A stretch of DNA of 64,000 nucleotides. Origin: Syntrophales bacterium (lineage in GTDB: Bacteria > Desulfobacterota > Syntrophia > Syntrophales > UBA2210). The notes under the pieces are model-generated. The model had not been told where the DNA came from and did no database searches. It was given only the letters and a program-made list of their open reading frames with translations. This document shows positions 48,580 to 59,718 of this stretch, piece by piece. The translations under genes and the position numbers were made by a program. Location of the stretch: NCBI GenBank assembly GCA_023230565.1, contig JALNXD010000005.1, positions 1,169 through 65,168 on the forward strand, read 5' to 3'. Numbering within the stretch: the first letter of the stretch is position 1; each line of letters starts with the position of its first letter.

Positions 48580-49106
48580 AAGTAATGATAAATAGGTCTA
48601 CCGTGACCCTTATCGAAGGAGATATCACCAAAGAGGAAACCGATGCAATAGTAAATGCAGCGAACTCAGGTTTGAGGGGAGGAGGTGGAGTCGACGGGGC
48701 GATTCATCGTGCGGGGGGTCCTGCCATAATGGAAGAGTGCCGGCAAATTGGCCATTGTCAAACGGGTCACGCAGTGATTACTACAGGAGGAAAATTAAAA
48801 GCCAAATTTGTAATTCATACGGTAGGACCGGTATACATGGGTGGTGATAAAGGAGAAGCCGAGCTTCTTGCCTGTGCGTATCGTGAAAGCATGAAGATAG
48901 CTTCGAAAAAAAAATTGAAAAGTATTTCATTCCCCGCAATTAGTGCCGGAGTATACGGATACCCGCTGCATGAGGCGGCACGCATTGCCCTTTCTACAAT
49001 AATTTCATATCTGAAAGAATATAAAGACATTGAAAAAGTCAGGCTTGTCTTGTTTGATAAGAAGACCTATGACGGCTTTAAAGAAGAATTGAAGAAGCTC
49101 CTGTAA
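48576..49106 (+). CDS. macro-domain protein (O-acetyl-ADP-ribose deacetylase-like)
   Basis: 176-aa ORF with GDITKEETDAIVNAANSGLRGGGGVDGAIHRAGG and a SISFPAISAGVYGYP motif. GTG 48576 overlaps the upstream stop; ATG 48585 is an alternative start. Confidence 0.85.
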   Translation: MKVMINRSTVTLIEGDITKEETDAIVNAANSGLRGGGGVDGAIHRAGGPAIMEECRQIGHCQTGHAVITTGGKLKAKFVIHTVGPVYMGGDKGEAELLACAYRESMKIASKKKLKSISFPAISAGVYGYPLHEAARIALSTIISYLKEYKDIEKVRLVLFDKKTYDGFKEELKKLL

Positions 49107-49150
49107 TAACCTTTATCGAAATTTACCTGGAAAATCCAAAGGTCTGGAGA

Positions 49151-52100
49151 ATGGTGCGGTATCGAACAGGACTTCTCATTTTATGCGGTGCAATCTTCAT
49201 TGCCGCTTTTCTTTCAGCGGGGTTCTTTTTTTATTTCAATACACATCCGGAGCTGCTTGGAAGTATTGTTCAGCAAAACCTGAAAAGGCGTTTCGGAACA
49301 GAAGTAACAGTTGGAGAAGCGAAAGCATCAATTTATCCAATACCCCGGATTGAACTCACCAATGTAAAAATCGGTACGCCCGCCGACTACCACGTTGTTG
49401 CCAGGCGAATCCATGCAAGAATTTCATTGCGACATATTATTTTAGGGAAGATCAGGATAAACCGTCTCGATTTTTACAATCCAGTACTGCGTTATCGTTT
49501 GCACAAATGCAATGTGCGGGCGATGGCAGAGATAGACATTCCTCCTGTTGAAGTGAAGGGGGGAAAAGTGATTATAGAAAAGGAATCTGCTGTCATTGTT
49601 CTGGATGATATAGAAGGATCATTTAATTCGAATTCAGCCTTGTTTCATCTGCGGACAATGGGAGGCGAAGCAGCAGTAGAAGTTCATAACGGAATTACTT
49701 CATTGCAATGTGAAGTTTATTTGCGAGGCATCGGGATAGAGAATCTCGGTTTTGATCTAAAAGGTTTTGTGGATTTAACTTCTCAGTTCAAAATCGGTGT
49801 TTCGGAATCTTTTTTTACAGTCCATGTAAATGCGAGTGAATTGTCGCTTCCATGGCAGTCGGCAAAACTCGGCACTGTAAAGGGAGAAGTGCGGGCAAGC
49901 GGCAGTAAGGGCCGTTATAATTTTGAGCATATTTCCATAAAATCGGATTTTGCAGATATAACAGGAACGGGAAGCGTATCTGGTGTAAACGGTATCGGTT
50001 CGCTGTCAGAATCTCTTATTAACGTGAAATTCGGCTCCACAAAACTGGATTATGAAAAAATTGTCAGTCTTCTTCCTTTAGAAAGATTTCCTCACTGGTT
50101 GTCTCTTCTCTTGGATAGACAGATTCGCGGCGGCAATATCAGCGTTTCGAAAGCTGCCTACAGCGGCAAGCTGAACAATCTTTTCTCAAGAGAGTTTGCC
50201 AAAGGGTTTTCGGTGGCGGCCGTTCTGGATGGGTGCAGTTTCCAGGCCGGGTACGACGACAGTCATGTCGATAACATTAGCGGAGAGTGCGGTTTTCTAA
50301 GAGGAGACCTCTTTTTCCGAAATCTTACAGGTATTGCAGGCAATTCAAAAATAGAATCTGTCGACCTTGTGTTCCATGATATTACAGACAGAAAACTTGC
50401 GCTTTCCGTAGCTGTTGATCTGAACATGAAAATTGCCGACTTCTGTACAGCCTGGAAGGCTGTCATGGTCACACCGGAGTTGCATGGAATACTCGCTCCT
50501 GTTTCAAACATCAAAGCAGGAGAGATAGAGGGTGTTGTCGATATCTATTCAGATAGCTCGGTCCCGGAGCCGGTCAGAATAAAAGGAAGAGCGGGCATTT
50601 CAGAGGGTTCCTTTTGCTGGTCGGGGCGTGAAATAAAAAAATTGTACGCTGCAGCGCAAAAAGCAAATTTTAAGGATCCATTGAAAGTTGATGCAAGGGG
50701 CTTTTTAGACGGATATCAGGTGAATGAACTGAAATTGACAATTCCGAAGCTTCTGCAGAATAATGCCTATCAATACGATATGACTGCAATATTCCCCTGG
50801 ACGGAAAATATGCCCTTCGGCCTTGGGGAACATGCCGAAGTCAAGGTTATCGGAAGAGGTGATGGCCCCAGAACCGAAGGGGATATAAGAATTAAGGCGG
50901 ATCATGTGCGGGCAGGTGCGATGAGGTTCAGTCCGGTGAGAGACAATGTCAAAGGATCCGGTGAACTTGCAGCGGTGCTTTGGCCGGAATTGCACATTGC
51001 AATCCGCAATTTTTCGATACATTCAATTTCCGAAAAAATAGGCGTGGATGCTGTATTCACGGAAAAAAAGGGAGAATGCGAAATAAAGGGAACACTGGAT
51101 CTGTCGAAGCTGGGGATACAAGGCTCTGATTACCGGCTCGCAGGCGGATTAGTTGATATAGGCGTTCAGATGGAATGGGAAAGGAAGATAAATATCGCCG
51201 GTAATATCAATTGCCGTAATGCCTGTATTGCATACAACGGGGAACAGGTAACGCTCAATGGTCCTTTGACGGTGAAAGACACAGTCCTTTCGTCCCGGGA
51301 TTTCGAAATCAAACATAAAAACATGTCTGCGCGCCTGTCCGGTGAGCTGCTGTGTGAAGGTCCTCTCCTGTTTAAGGGAGAAGCAGATCTTGAAGGTGTA
51401 GATGTGAAGAAAGACAGTGGTGGCAGAGATTTGGTATTTCCTGCGGGCTTGAGTGCAGATTGTGCGGTTAATTTTAAAAACGCCCTAATTTATGGTGTCA
51501 CCATCGAAAACGCTCATGCACAGCTTAATGCTGATTGTGCAGGAATCCGCCTGTCAGGCATTCGTGCCGACCTTGAATCCGGTTTAATTGAAGGTTCGAT
51601 AAATATTTACAATACAGGGAAACCAGATATTAATCTCGCAATTCACCTATGTGATGTTGAAATTGATAAATGTATACCTGCTTGTCACTCAACGTCCGGT
51701 AAAATAGATGGCGTGGCTTCTCTGGATGGCCGCATATGGGGCAATACAGATTCATTGAATGGTGAATTATCATTTACGGCACGGGAAGGCCATATCAAGA
51801 AATATTCACTTCTTTCAAAGATATTTGCGGTTCTCAATCCTTACAAAATATTCAAGAGCGGAGAACTCGATCTTACCGGCAGCGGTTTCTCCTATAACAA
51901 GATTTCGTCTACATTCAAAATCAGGGAGGGCGTTGTTCATTTCGATGATTTTTTCTTTGACAGTGATTCTCTTCAAGCTTCATCAGCAGGACATTATGTA
52001 ATCACAGATAGATCAATCGATGCTGCTGTGATAGTGGAGCCTCTCGAAAGTGTGGATAAGCTTTTGGGGCTTATTCCTTTGGTTGGGTGGATTTTGACAG

Positions 52101-52300
52101 GCGAAAAAAATCGATTCATTGTTGTTGCTCTTACTGTCAAGGGTAATATAGAAAATCCTTCTGTTGATTTTGCTCCAGTCGATACTTTATCTGAACCGGT
52201 AACGGGAATACTTCTGAGAGTATTAAAACTGCCGCTGGATATAATAAAAAATTTCAAAAATATGATTCCTTCACTATCCGATAAAATTGCAGATAATTAA
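49151..52300 (+). CDS. AsmA-like / YhdP-like large envelope protein
   Basis: 1049-aa ORF with a single N-terminal TM anchor (LLILCGAIFIAAFLSAGFFFYF), a long beta-rich repetitive body and a C-terminal AsmA_2-like region. The assignment is by architecture only. Confidence 0.55.
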   Translation: MVRYRTGLLILCGAIFIAAFLSAGFFFYFNTHPELLGSIVQQNLKRRFGTEVTVGEAKASIYPIPRIELTNVKIGTPADYHVVARRIHARISLRHIILGKIRINRLDFYNPVLRYRLHKCNVRAMAEIDIPPVEVKGGKVIIEKESAVIVLDDIEGSFNSNSALFHLRTMGGEAAVEVHNGITSLQCEVYLRGIGIENLGFDLKGFVDLTSQFKIGVSESFFTVHVNASELSLPWQSAKLGTVKGEVRASGSKGRYNFEHISIKSDFADITGTGSVSGVNGIGSLSESLINVKFGSTKLDYEKIVSLLPLERFPHWLSLLLDRQIRGGNISVSKAAYSGKLNNLFSREFAKGFSVAAVLDGCSFQAGYDDSHVDNISGECGFLRGDLFFRNLTGIAGNSKIESVDLVFHDITDRKLALSVAVDLNMKIADFCTAWKAVMVTPELHGILAPVSNIKAGEIEGVVDIYSDSSVPEPVRIKGRAGISEGSFCWSGREIKKLYAAAQKANFKDPLKVDARGFLDGYQVNELKLTIPKLLQNNAYQYDMTAIFPWTENMPFGLGEHAEVKVIGRGDGPRTEGDIRIKADHVRAGAMRFSPVRDNVKGSGELAAVLWPELHIAIRNFSIHSISEKIGVDAVFTEKKGECEIKGTLDLSKLGIQGSDYRLAGGLVDIGVQMEWERKINIAGNINCRNACIAYNGEQVTLNGPLTVKDTVLSSRDFEIKHKNMSARLSGELLCEGPLLFKGEADLEGVDVKKDSGGRDLVFPAGLSADCAVNFKNALIYGVTIENAHAQLNADCAGIRLSGIRADLESGLIEGSINIYNTGKPDINLAIHLCDVEIDKCIPACHSTSGKIDGVASLDGRIWGNTDSLNGELSFTAREGHIKKYSLLSKIFAVLNPYKIFKSGELDLTGSGFSYNKISSTFKIREGVVHFDDFFFDSDSLQASSAGHYVITDRSIDAAVIVEPLESVDKLLGLIPLVGWILTGEKNRFIVVALTVKGNIENPSVDFAPVDTLSEPVTGILLRVLKLPLDIIKNFKNMIPSLSDKIADN

Positions 52301-52352
52301 CAGTTTATCAAAAAGATGAATTAAAAGCCCTTATAGTGAGGAACCAATTGTC

Positions 52353-52381
52353 TTGACTTCATTAATAGTTGCAGGTATGAT
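52353..52381 (+). promoter_or_regulatory. candidate sigma70 promoter for the carboxylase operon
   Basis: TTGACT (52353-52358), a 17-nt spacer, then TATGAT (52376-52381). Confidence 0.45.
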
Positions 52382-52424
52382 TCCGCACTTCAATTTCACC
52401 TGAAGCAAGAAGAGAATAGTATTT

Positions 52425-53879
52425 ATGCCTCGAGAAAAAATTAAAAAAGTGCTGGTAGCGAATAGGGGAGAAATAGCGCTCCGTGTTATTAGAACAGTGA
52501 AGGAGCTTGGGCTTGAAGCGGTTGCGGTCTATGAGAAACCGGATCGGGAATCGCTTTTTATCAGATTTGCGGATGAAGCGATTCTGATCGGCGACGGGCC
52601 GAGAAAAGACTATCTCGATATAGACCGGATTATCTGGGCGGCACGGGTAAGCGGCGCCGGAGCAATTCATCCCGGTTACGGTTTTCTCGCTGAAAACGCC
52701 GATTTTTCAGAAGCATGCGAGAAGGCGGGCATCATCTTTATCGGTCCCCCCCCGGAGGTCATACGAAATCTGGGTGATAAAGTAGTAGCTCGGAAAATAA
52801 TGGAAAAAGCCGGGCTCCCGTTTATTCCGGGTACGGGAGATCTTGCAGGCGGAAATGAAGGTATTTCGGAAGCGCTCGCTTTTGGGGAAAAATATGGGTA
52901 TCCGTTAATGTTAAAAGCATCTGCAGGAGGCGGCGGAAGAGGGATACGAAAGGTTGAAAATAAAAATCAATTGATAAATGAACTGCCCTATGCCCGTAAT
53001 GAAGCCTTATCCGCTTTTAATGACGGCAGAATTTATGCGGAAAAATGCATCATTGCGCCGCGCCACGTAGAAGTGCAGATTCTGGCCGATCAACATGGCA
53101 ATGTTTCTCATCTGGGTACTCGCGACTGTTCAATACAGAGGAGGCATCAGAAGCTCCTGGAAATTGCGCCTGCCGATTTACCTCAGGATGTACTGGAATC
53201 CATGTGCAGCGCAGCTGTAAAGGCAGCCAGGCAATCAGGGTATGTCAATGCAGGAACTGTTGAATTTCTCGTCGAACCTCACACAAACAATTTCTGGTTT
53301 ATGGAGATGAATACCAGGCTTCAGGTCGAACACACAGTGACTGAAGTTCTTACCGGAATAGATATAGTTCGGGAACAGATCGAAATTGCAGCTGGAGGGA
53401 ATCTTGATATTTCCAGCGTACGCTTTCACCTGCTGGGCAAGGCGATTCAGGTCAGGATAAACGCGGAAAATCCGAAAAGCAACTTTATGCCGGAGGGCGG
53501 GAAACTTGTTGAAGTATACCAATCTCCCGGGGGTCCCGGGATCAGACTTGATGGAATCGTCTATCAGGGATACAGGGTCCCTACGGAGTACGATTCGCTT
53601 TTGGTCAAGATGACGGTAAGAGGTTATAATTGGGAGCAAACTGTTCAGCGCCTGAAAAGAGCGCTTAAGGATTTTCTTATAGTCGGGCCGCAAACGACAA
53701 TCCCTTTCTATCTCGCGATTTGCGATGAACCTGATTTTAAAAAGGGGCTGTTCGATACATCATATATCGAAACGCATCAGCAGATATTCCAGTATCCCGA
53801 ATCAGCGAGGGAAGTGGCGAAACTGGCAAAACTAATAGCAGAGATTCACGCAAAAAAAATAAACCCCTATGCATATTGA
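52425..53879 (+). CDS. biotin carboxylase subunit (two-subunit pyruvate/2-oxoacid carboxylase type, or AccC)
   Basis: 484-aa ORF with KKVLVANRGEIALRVIR, the ATP-grasp GGGGRGIR and EMNTRLQVEHTVTE. Confidence 0.9.
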   Translation: MPREKIKKVLVANRGEIALRVIRTVKELGLEAVAVYEKPDRESLFIRFADEAILIGDGPRKDYLDIDRIIWAARVSGAGAIHPGYGFLAENADFSEACEKAGIIFIGPPPEVIRNLGDKVVARKIMEKAGLPFIPGTGDLAGGNEGISEALAFGEKYGYPLMLKASAGGGGRGIRKVENKNQLINELPYARNEALSAFNDGRIYAEKCIIAPRHVEVQILADQHGNVSHLGTRDCSIQRRHQKLLEIAPADLPQDVLESMCSAAVKAARQSGYVNAGTVEFLVEPHTNNFWFMEMNTRLQVEHTVTEVLTGIDIVREQIEIAAGGNLDISSVRFHLLGKAIQVRINAENPKSNFMPEGGKLVEVYQSPGGPGIRLDGIVYQGYRVPTEYDSLLVKMTVRGYNWEQTVQRLKRALKDFLIVGPQTTIPFYLAICDEPDFKKGLFDTSYIETHQQIFQYPESAREVAKLAKLIAEIHAKKINPYAY

Positions 53880-53917
53880 TTGGCACTATAGAAATTTAGG
53901 ATGAAAGATCGATCACA

Positions 53918-55861
53918 ATGGAGCAAAGTCAGCCTTTTGAAAGAATAACTCCTCTTGAATTGAAAGAACGGGGAGTGTCGGCCGTTCTTGAAAGAGTAAG
54001 GGGGGCGAATGGATATTTCGTTACAAATACGGAACGCGACCTTTCGCAATCGGACTACAAGAATAGAATTATGCCGCATACGCAGATTCTTGTTTCAAAA
54101 GAGCGAAATGCAGCCGGATATTTTTCTCTTGAAATTACGGGAGGGGCTTCCGTTCATGTTGATATGCTGCGCAAGCAAATAAATCCGCTCGAAAAGCTCG
54201 ATATTCTGAGTCATTATATGCCTGACACAATGTTTCAGACTTTGTGCAGAGGAGTTAATCTTTTTGGCTACAGACCATATCCGGAAAATGTCATCAGACT
54301 TACAGTTAGAAGTTTTGCACGTTATGTTCATGTGTGGCGGGTTTTCGACTTTCTGAATTATATCCCGAACATGATTTCGGTGTTCGAAGAAGTGAAAGCA
54401 GCCGGAGCGATTTTGGAACCGTCAATATGTTTTTCGACTGGTCCGGAGCATACGAATGAATTTTATGTTCATAAAGTAAGAGAAATTCTTGAGGTTACGG
54501 GACCTGACATAATTTTATGCATAAAAAACCATGGTGGGCTCGGCACTTCACAACGGATAGGTGATTTAGTGAAAGCAATTGCTGATGCCTATCCTGATCT
54601 GATCATCCATTATCACGGCCATAATACAGACGGCGACGATATCGGGAGAATTGTGGCGGCAGTGAGAAACGGCGCCAAAATAGTAGATGCAGGTGATCAT
54701 GCCTTTACTGGATTTTATGGCCCTCCGCCCATTCTGACTGTCATTGATACATTGCAGGAATATGGATGTCGAGCGGTCGGTCTGGACAGGGATAAAGTAG
54801 TCGAAACTTCAAATGTGCTAAGGCCTGAACGGGAGTATTACAAAGACTTCGAATCTCAGTTTTTCGGATTCGATCCGACTGTTCAGATTCATAAGCTGCC
54901 GGGAGGCGCCACGGGTTCAAGCTTTGAGCAGGCCGTCAAAGGTGATTTTTTAAACAGGATGCCGGAAATACTGCAACATGAACTTCCGCGGGTTCAGAAG
55001 GAATTGGGAAACTGGTGGAGTGTCACTCCGGGGTCGCAGATACTCTGGACGACGGCCATCAGTAATGTTCTCGAAAAGAAAAGATATAAGAAAGCGAATG
55101 ATGATTTAAAAAATCTTATGCTTGGACGCTATGGCGAGCTGCCTTTTTATTGGCCTTCAGATGAGATATACGAGGCGGTCTTCGGACCGGATTGGAAAAA
55201 AATAGTTGAAAATGAAAAGGGTTATCAGAAGATTGATGATATCGATATAGATATAGAGCGGCGGGTTTTGGAACACAGGCTTGGGAGGCCTGCTTCCGAT
55301 GATGAACTGGTGCTTTATTTGCAGCACCCGAATGATGCCGTCTCATTTTTCAAGTTTGAAGAAAATTTTGGAAAAACGTGGGTGCTGCCGCCGCGGATAT
55401 GGTTTAAAAAAGGCGGCTTCAATCTTGGAGAGAAATTTGATTTTGTAGACGCCTATGGAAAAAGCCACATTATCGAAATCGGACCGCAGAGAAAAACAAA
55501 ACAGGGGGATGCAGTAACATATCTTGTGATAGATCACCACCCCGAACCGATTCTCACGGAGCTGGATCCCGAGGCAGGCAGAGCGCAGCGACGCCTTACC
55601 TTGACAGCCAAAGAGATCGAAGAACTCGCCCAGTCAGGTGATATACGGTCGCCGCTTAAAGGAGTAGTTAACGAGATCCCCGTTTCCGAAGGGGATGAAG
55701 TAACGGCAGGGCAGATATTGATTGTTCTCGAGGCGATGAAGATGCTCAACAATCTTGTTTCTGAAGTAAGCGGAAAAGTAACAGAGGTCCTCGTTTCGCC
55801 GGGAGACGAAGTCGAAGTTGGTGACCCGCTTATTGCAGTGGAAAAGGGGAAAGATAAATAA
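53918..55861 (+). CDS. carboxyltransferase (DRE-TIM/5S-like) plus biotinyl carrier domain subunit, divergent
   Basis: 647-aa ORF. The C-terminal biotinyl domain has VLEAMKMLN. The N-terminal TIM-barrel CT domain has LCRGVNLFGY, CIKNHGGL and HYHGHNTDG, which align with PycB/OadA motifs. Confidence 0.78.
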   Translation: MEQSQPFERITPLELKERGVSAVLERVRGANGYFVTNTERDLSQSDYKNRIMPHTQILVSKERNAAGYFSLEITGGASVHVDMLRKQINPLEKLDILSHYMPDTMFQTLCRGVNLFGYRPYPENVIRLTVRSFARYVHVWRVFDFLNYIPNMISVFEEVKAAGAILEPSICFSTGPEHTNEFYVHKVREILEVTGPDIILCIKNHGGLGTSQRIGDLVKAIADAYPDLIIHYHGHNTDGDDIGRIVAAVRNGAKIVDAGDHAFTGFYGPPPILTVIDTLQEYGCRAVGLDRDKVVETSNVLRPEREYYKDFESQFFGFDPTVQIHKLPGGATGSSFEQAVKGDFLNRMPEILQHELPRVQKELGNWWSVTPGSQILWTTAISNVLEKKRYKKANDDLKNLMLGRYGELPFYWPSDEIYEAVFGPDWKKIVENEKGYQKIDDIDIDIERRVLEHRLGRPASDDELVLYLQHPNDAVSFFKFEENFGKTWVLPPRIWFKKGGFNLGEKFDFVDAYGKSHIIEIGPQRKTKQGDAVTYLVIDHHPEPILTELDPEAGRAQRRLTLTAKEIEELAQSGDIRSPLKGVVNEIPVSEGDEVTAGQILIVLEAMKMLNNLVSEVSGKVTEVLVSPGDEVEVGDPLIAVEKGKDK

Positions 55862-56156
55862 ATGCAAAGTTTGCCGGCACAGTTTCGCAAGACGACACAT
55901 GATCGAAACACAGGTCTGAGCCTCGCGAATTTCTAATGGACAAGTGACTAAAAAGCATTGTGTCAGCGTTACTTACTCTCACTTATATTGCTTATGTAGT
56001 GTCATGGGGAGCGTCCGGTAAGTTGAGTGTTGCCGGTATAAGGAGCTTTTAAGTGAAAGTCGCGAAAGTTTTCTTGACATTTTAACCGATTCTGATAACG
56101 TCTTCACACTTTGCGGATGATGATTGCCTGCGAATCATTTGACTGAAGGACTGGAG

Positions 56157-57065
56157 ATGAAAAAACCCCACTTTACCTTTATCATCATTCCACAGGGAGA
56201 AAAAGCTGCTCGTAAATTTATACTGCCGGCTTACGCAGTGAAACTGCTCTCCCTATTAGTTGTAATCGGATTGGCAACATTTTTCTTTTTATCTCAGGAT
56301 TTCATAAAGCACCGAAAAACCCGTGACAAACTTTCCAAGCTTGCATTCGTAAACAATTTACAGAAAAGACACATCGATCTTTTGGCCGGGAAGGTAGAGA
56401 CGGTCGAAAGAAAAATGATCGAGTTGAATAACTTTGACAGAAAAATACGAATTATGGCAAACTTGGAAAATTGTGAAAAAAATGATAATTTGGTAGGAAT
56501 TGGCGGATCAATTCCCGATGAATCAAAAACGAAAAGCAGGCTTTCTGAAATGGAGCAGGCCCTGATAAATGAGATACACAAAAATGTAGATCAACTGCTG
56601 GATGAGGCGTCAAGGCAGGAAGAAAGTTTCCAGGAACTGCTGCAATATTTGGAAAACCAGAAATCTATCCTTGCATCGACGCCATCCATTTGGCCTGCTA
56701 TAGGGTGGGTAACATCGGAGTTCGGGTATAGAGTGTCACCCTTCACAGAAAAGAGGGAATTTCACAAAGGGATTGACATCGCAACAAAGTTGGGCAAGGA
56801 AGTGGTTGCACCGGCTGATGGAGTAATTGCAAAAGTATCAGTTAAGGACAGAAATTTAGGAAATGTAATCTGGATTGAACATACAAAGGAATTATCGACC
56901 TGTTACGCTCACCTGCTGAAACCTTCGGTCAAAAAAGGCCAACAGGTAAAACGCGGCGATGTCATAGGGTATGTGGGAAATTCGGGACGGAGCACGGGTC
57001 CTCATCTCCACTATTCGGTAATGGAAAACGGAGTATACGTGAATCCTCGCCGCTATCTCTTTTAG
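56157..57065 (+). CDS. M23-family peptidase with coiled-coil region (EnvC-like)
   Basis: ATG 56157 follows AAGGA. The protein has an N-terminal TM segment, a coiled-coil middle, and a C-terminal LytM domain (HKGIDIA...GNSGRSTGPHLHY). Confidence 0.8.
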   Translation: MKKPHFTFIIIPQGEKAARKFILPAYAVKLLSLLVVIGLATFFFLSQDFIKHRKTRDKLSKLAFVNNLQKRHIDLLAGKVETVERKMIELNNFDRKIRIMANLENCEKNDNLVGIGGSIPDESKTKSRLSEMEQALINEIHKNVDQLLDEASRQEESFQELLQYLENQKSILASTPSIWPAIGWVTSEFGYRVSPFTEKREFHKGIDIATKLGKEVVAPADGVIAKVSVKDRNLGNVIWIEHTKELSTCYAHLLKPSVKKGQQVKRGDVIGYVGNSGRSTGPHLHYSVMENGVYVNPRRYLF

Positions 57066-57109
57066 CCCTTGCACCAATTCAGCCGCAGCAATGATATCAG
57101 ACACTTCAT

Positions 57110-57136
57110 CCCGGTAATATATTGCCGGGCTTTTTT
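57110..57136 (+). terminator. intrinsic terminator after the M23 peptidase gene
   Basis: CCCGGTA...TGCCGGG stem followed by CTTTTTT. Confidence 0.65.
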
Positions 57137-57147
57137 ATGAGGGAACT

Positions 57148-59670
57148 ATGCTGAATTTTATAGTCAAAAAAATAATTGGAAGCAAAAATGATCGTGAATT
57201 AAAGCGTTTATCTCATATAGTCGATGAAATAAATGTTCTTGAGCCATCTATACGAAGCCTGAACGATATGGAATTGCAGGCAAAAACCAATTATTTCAAG
57301 GACAAAATCGGCCAGGGTGCCGAATTAGAGGATATTGTGGCAGAAGCCTTTGCTGTAGTTCGAGAAGCGGCGAATCGGACGGTGGGCATGCGTCCTTTTG
57401 ACGTGCAGCTTCTCGGGGGGCTTGTTCTTCATGAAGGTAAAATTGCAGAGATGAAAACAGGTGAAGGAAAGACTTTGGCAGCCACATTACCTATTTATGT
57501 CAATGCACTTTCAGGTAAGGGAGTCCATGTAGTGACCGTAAATGACTATTTGGCAAAACGGGATGCGGAATGGATGGGTCCTGTATATCGTTATTTGGGA
57601 TTATCCGTGGGAACCGTTGTGCATGGACTGAGTGATGATGAACGGAGGGCGGCATACGGGTGCGACATAACTTACGGTACTAATAATGAATTCGGTTTTG
57701 ACTATTTGCGTGACAACATGAAATTCAGGATTGAAGATTATGTGCAGCGGGATTTCAATTACGCAATTGTAGACGAAGTAGACAGTATTCTTGTTGATGA
57801 AGCCAGAACACCTCTTATTATTTCAGGCCCGTCCGAGGAATCAACGGATAAATATTACAGGATCAATCAGGTGATTCCGCGTCTGAGGAAAGATGAACAT
57901 TTTTCGATAGATGAAAAAAGCAGAACCGTTGTCCTGACCGAAGCGGGAGTGGCACGTGTTGAAGAGTTATTGAAAGTTCAAAACCTCTATGAACCTAAAA
58001 ACATCGAAATTCTTCATCATGTGAACCAGGCCTTGAAGGCGCACACTCTTTTTAAACGGGACGTGGATTACCTTGTGAAAGAAGGCCAGGTCATTATTGT
58101 GGACGAGTTTACTGGAAGAGTAATGCCTGGCAGGCGTTACAGCGATGGTCTTCACCAGGCGCTGGAAGCAAAAGAAAAAGTAAAAATTGAGCAGGAAAAT
58201 CAAACACTGGCATCCGTCACTTTTCAGAATTATTTCAGGATGTATGAAAAACTGGCCGGTATGACAGGTACGGCGGATACCGAAGCTGCGGAGTTCCAGA
58301 AAATATACAATCTGGAAGTTATTGTAATTCCGACAAATATGCCCATGATCAGAATCGATTATCCTGATCTTATTTACAAAACACAAAAAGAGAAATTCAA
58401 TGCAGTGATTGACGAAATCAAGGAACTGAATGCTATCAGAAGGCCTGTGCTGGTAGGTACCATATCCATAGAAAAATCGGAACTTTTGAGCAAACAGCTT
58501 TCGAAACATGGCATAAAGCACAATGTGCTGAATGCGAAAAACCATGAGAAAGAAGCAGAAATTATCGCGCAGGCGGGGCAGCCCGGATCGGTTACTATAT
58601 CCACGAACATGGCTGGCCGCGGGACGGATATAAAACTTGGAGAAGGAATTGCTGAACTCGGCGGACTGCATATTCTGGGAACAGAACGGCATGAAAGCAG
58701 ACGTATCGATAATCAGCTCCGCGGACGATCAGGGCGGCAGGGCGATAAGGGATCATCACGCTTCTACCTTTCGCTGGAGGACGATCTCCTCAGAATATTC
58801 GGTGCTGACAGGATTTCGTCAGTTATGAACAGGATCGGTGTGGAAGAAGGGGAACCGATTGAACATAATCTAATATCACGGGCGATAGAAAATGCCCAAA
58901 AAAGAGTTGAAGGACAAAATTTCGATATAAGAAAACATCTGCTTGAATATGATGATGTGATGAACAGGCAGAGAGAGGTAATTTACAGGCAGAGAAGAGA
59001 AGTTCTTGCAGGAACTGACCTGTGGCAGACAGTAAATGACCTTCTGGAAGAAGTCACCGGTACGATTATAGAAGAATACATCGATGAAAGGATGCATCCT
59101 GATGAATGGGATCTCAATGCCCTGGACGAAATTGTGTTCAAACAGTTTTCACTTAAACTTAATTTTTCGGATCCGGGTCGCGATCCCCTGTCAAAGGAAG
59201 AAATCAGGGATAGTATAATTGAGGGTGTAAAGGATCTATTTGATAAAAAGGAAAAAGAATTCGGTAAGGATTTGATGGAATACATCGTAAGAGTCATTAT
59301 GCTTCAATCACTCGATTTCCATTGGAAAGATCACCTCCTGGCGATGGATCACCTTAAGGAAGGCATCGGGCTCCGCGGTTACGGCCAAAAAGATCCGAAG
59401 AGAGAATACCAGAGGGAAGGGTATGACTTATTTATGGAGATGGTCTATCGCATCAAAGAGGATACGCTTCAGAAACTCTGCCTGGTTCAAATAAGGCGTG
59501 ATGAAGAAGTGGCAGAAATTGAACAGAAGCAAAAACAAAATTATATAATGAGTCGCGGGGAGCAGGAGGCGGCTCCGCAGACGGTGCGCAGAAAAGAAAA
59601 AAAAGTGGGACGAAATGATCCCTGCCCATGCGGTAGTGGAAAAAAGTACAAACACTGCTGCGGAAGATAA
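57148..59670 (+). CDS. secA: preprotein translocase ATPase SecA
   Basis: 840-aa ORF with MKTGEGKTL (Walker A), the [23 protein letters not shown]-like motif and the C-terminal zinc motif [13 protein letters not shown]. Confidence 0.96.
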   Translation: MLNFIVKKIIGSKNDRELKRLSHIVDEINVLEPSIRSLNDMELQAKTNYFKDKIGQGAELEDIVAEAFAVVREAANRTVGMRPFDVQLLGGLVLHEGKIAEMKTGEGKTLAATLPIYVNALSGKGVHVVTVNDYLAKRDAEWMGPVYRYLGLSVGTVVHGLSDDERRAAYGCDITYGTNNEFGFDYLRDNMKFRIEDYVQRDFNYAIVDEVDSILVDEARTPLIISGPSEESTDKYYRINQVIPRLRKDEHFSIDEKSRTVVLTEAGVARVEELLKVQNLYEPKNIEILHHVNQALKAHTLFKRDVDYLVKEGQVIIVDEFTGRVMPGRRYSDGLHQALEAKEKVKIEQENQTLASVTFQNYFRMYEKLAGMTGTADTEAAEFQKIYNLEVIVIPTNMPMIRIDYPDLIYKTQKEKFNAVIDEIKELNAIRRPVLVGTISIEKSELLSKQLSKHGIKHNVLNAKNHEKEAEIIAQAGQPGSVTISTNMAGRGTDIKLGEGIAELGGLHILGTERHESRRIDNQLRGRSGRQGDKGSSRFYLSLEDDLLRIFGADRISSVMNRIGVEEGEPIEHNLISRAIENAQKRVEGQNFDIRKHLLEYDDVMNRQREVIYRQRREVLAGTDLWQTVNDLLEEVTGTIIEEYIDERMHPDEWDLNALDEIVFKQFSLKLNFSDPGRDPLSKEEIRDSIIEGVKDLFDKKEKEFGKDLMEYIVRVIMLQSLDFHWKDHLLAMDHLKEGIGLRGYGQKDPKREYQREGYDLFMEMVYRIKEDTLQKLCLVQIRRDEEVAEIEQKQKQNYIMSRGEQEAAPQTVRRKEKKVGRNDPCPCGSGKKYKHCCGR

Positions 59671-59718
59671 TATGTATAGTGCGAAGGCATTAAAGCATCT
59701 TTGTGGAGAGGATAAAGG

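Noticed and set aside
55862-56123. 262-nt gap after the carboxylase operon, considered as a possible ncRNA locus.
   Set aside because: I found only weak hairpins and a weak TTGACA-type promoter for the downstream M23 peptidase gene. Nothing resembles SRP, 6S, tmRNA or RNase P RNA motifs.
57967-58692. 241-aa ORF on the minus strand.
   Set aside because: It is entirely antisense to the highly conserved secA reading frame. It has low-complexity composition rich in F, R and C, and no RBS or family features. It is a shadow ORF.
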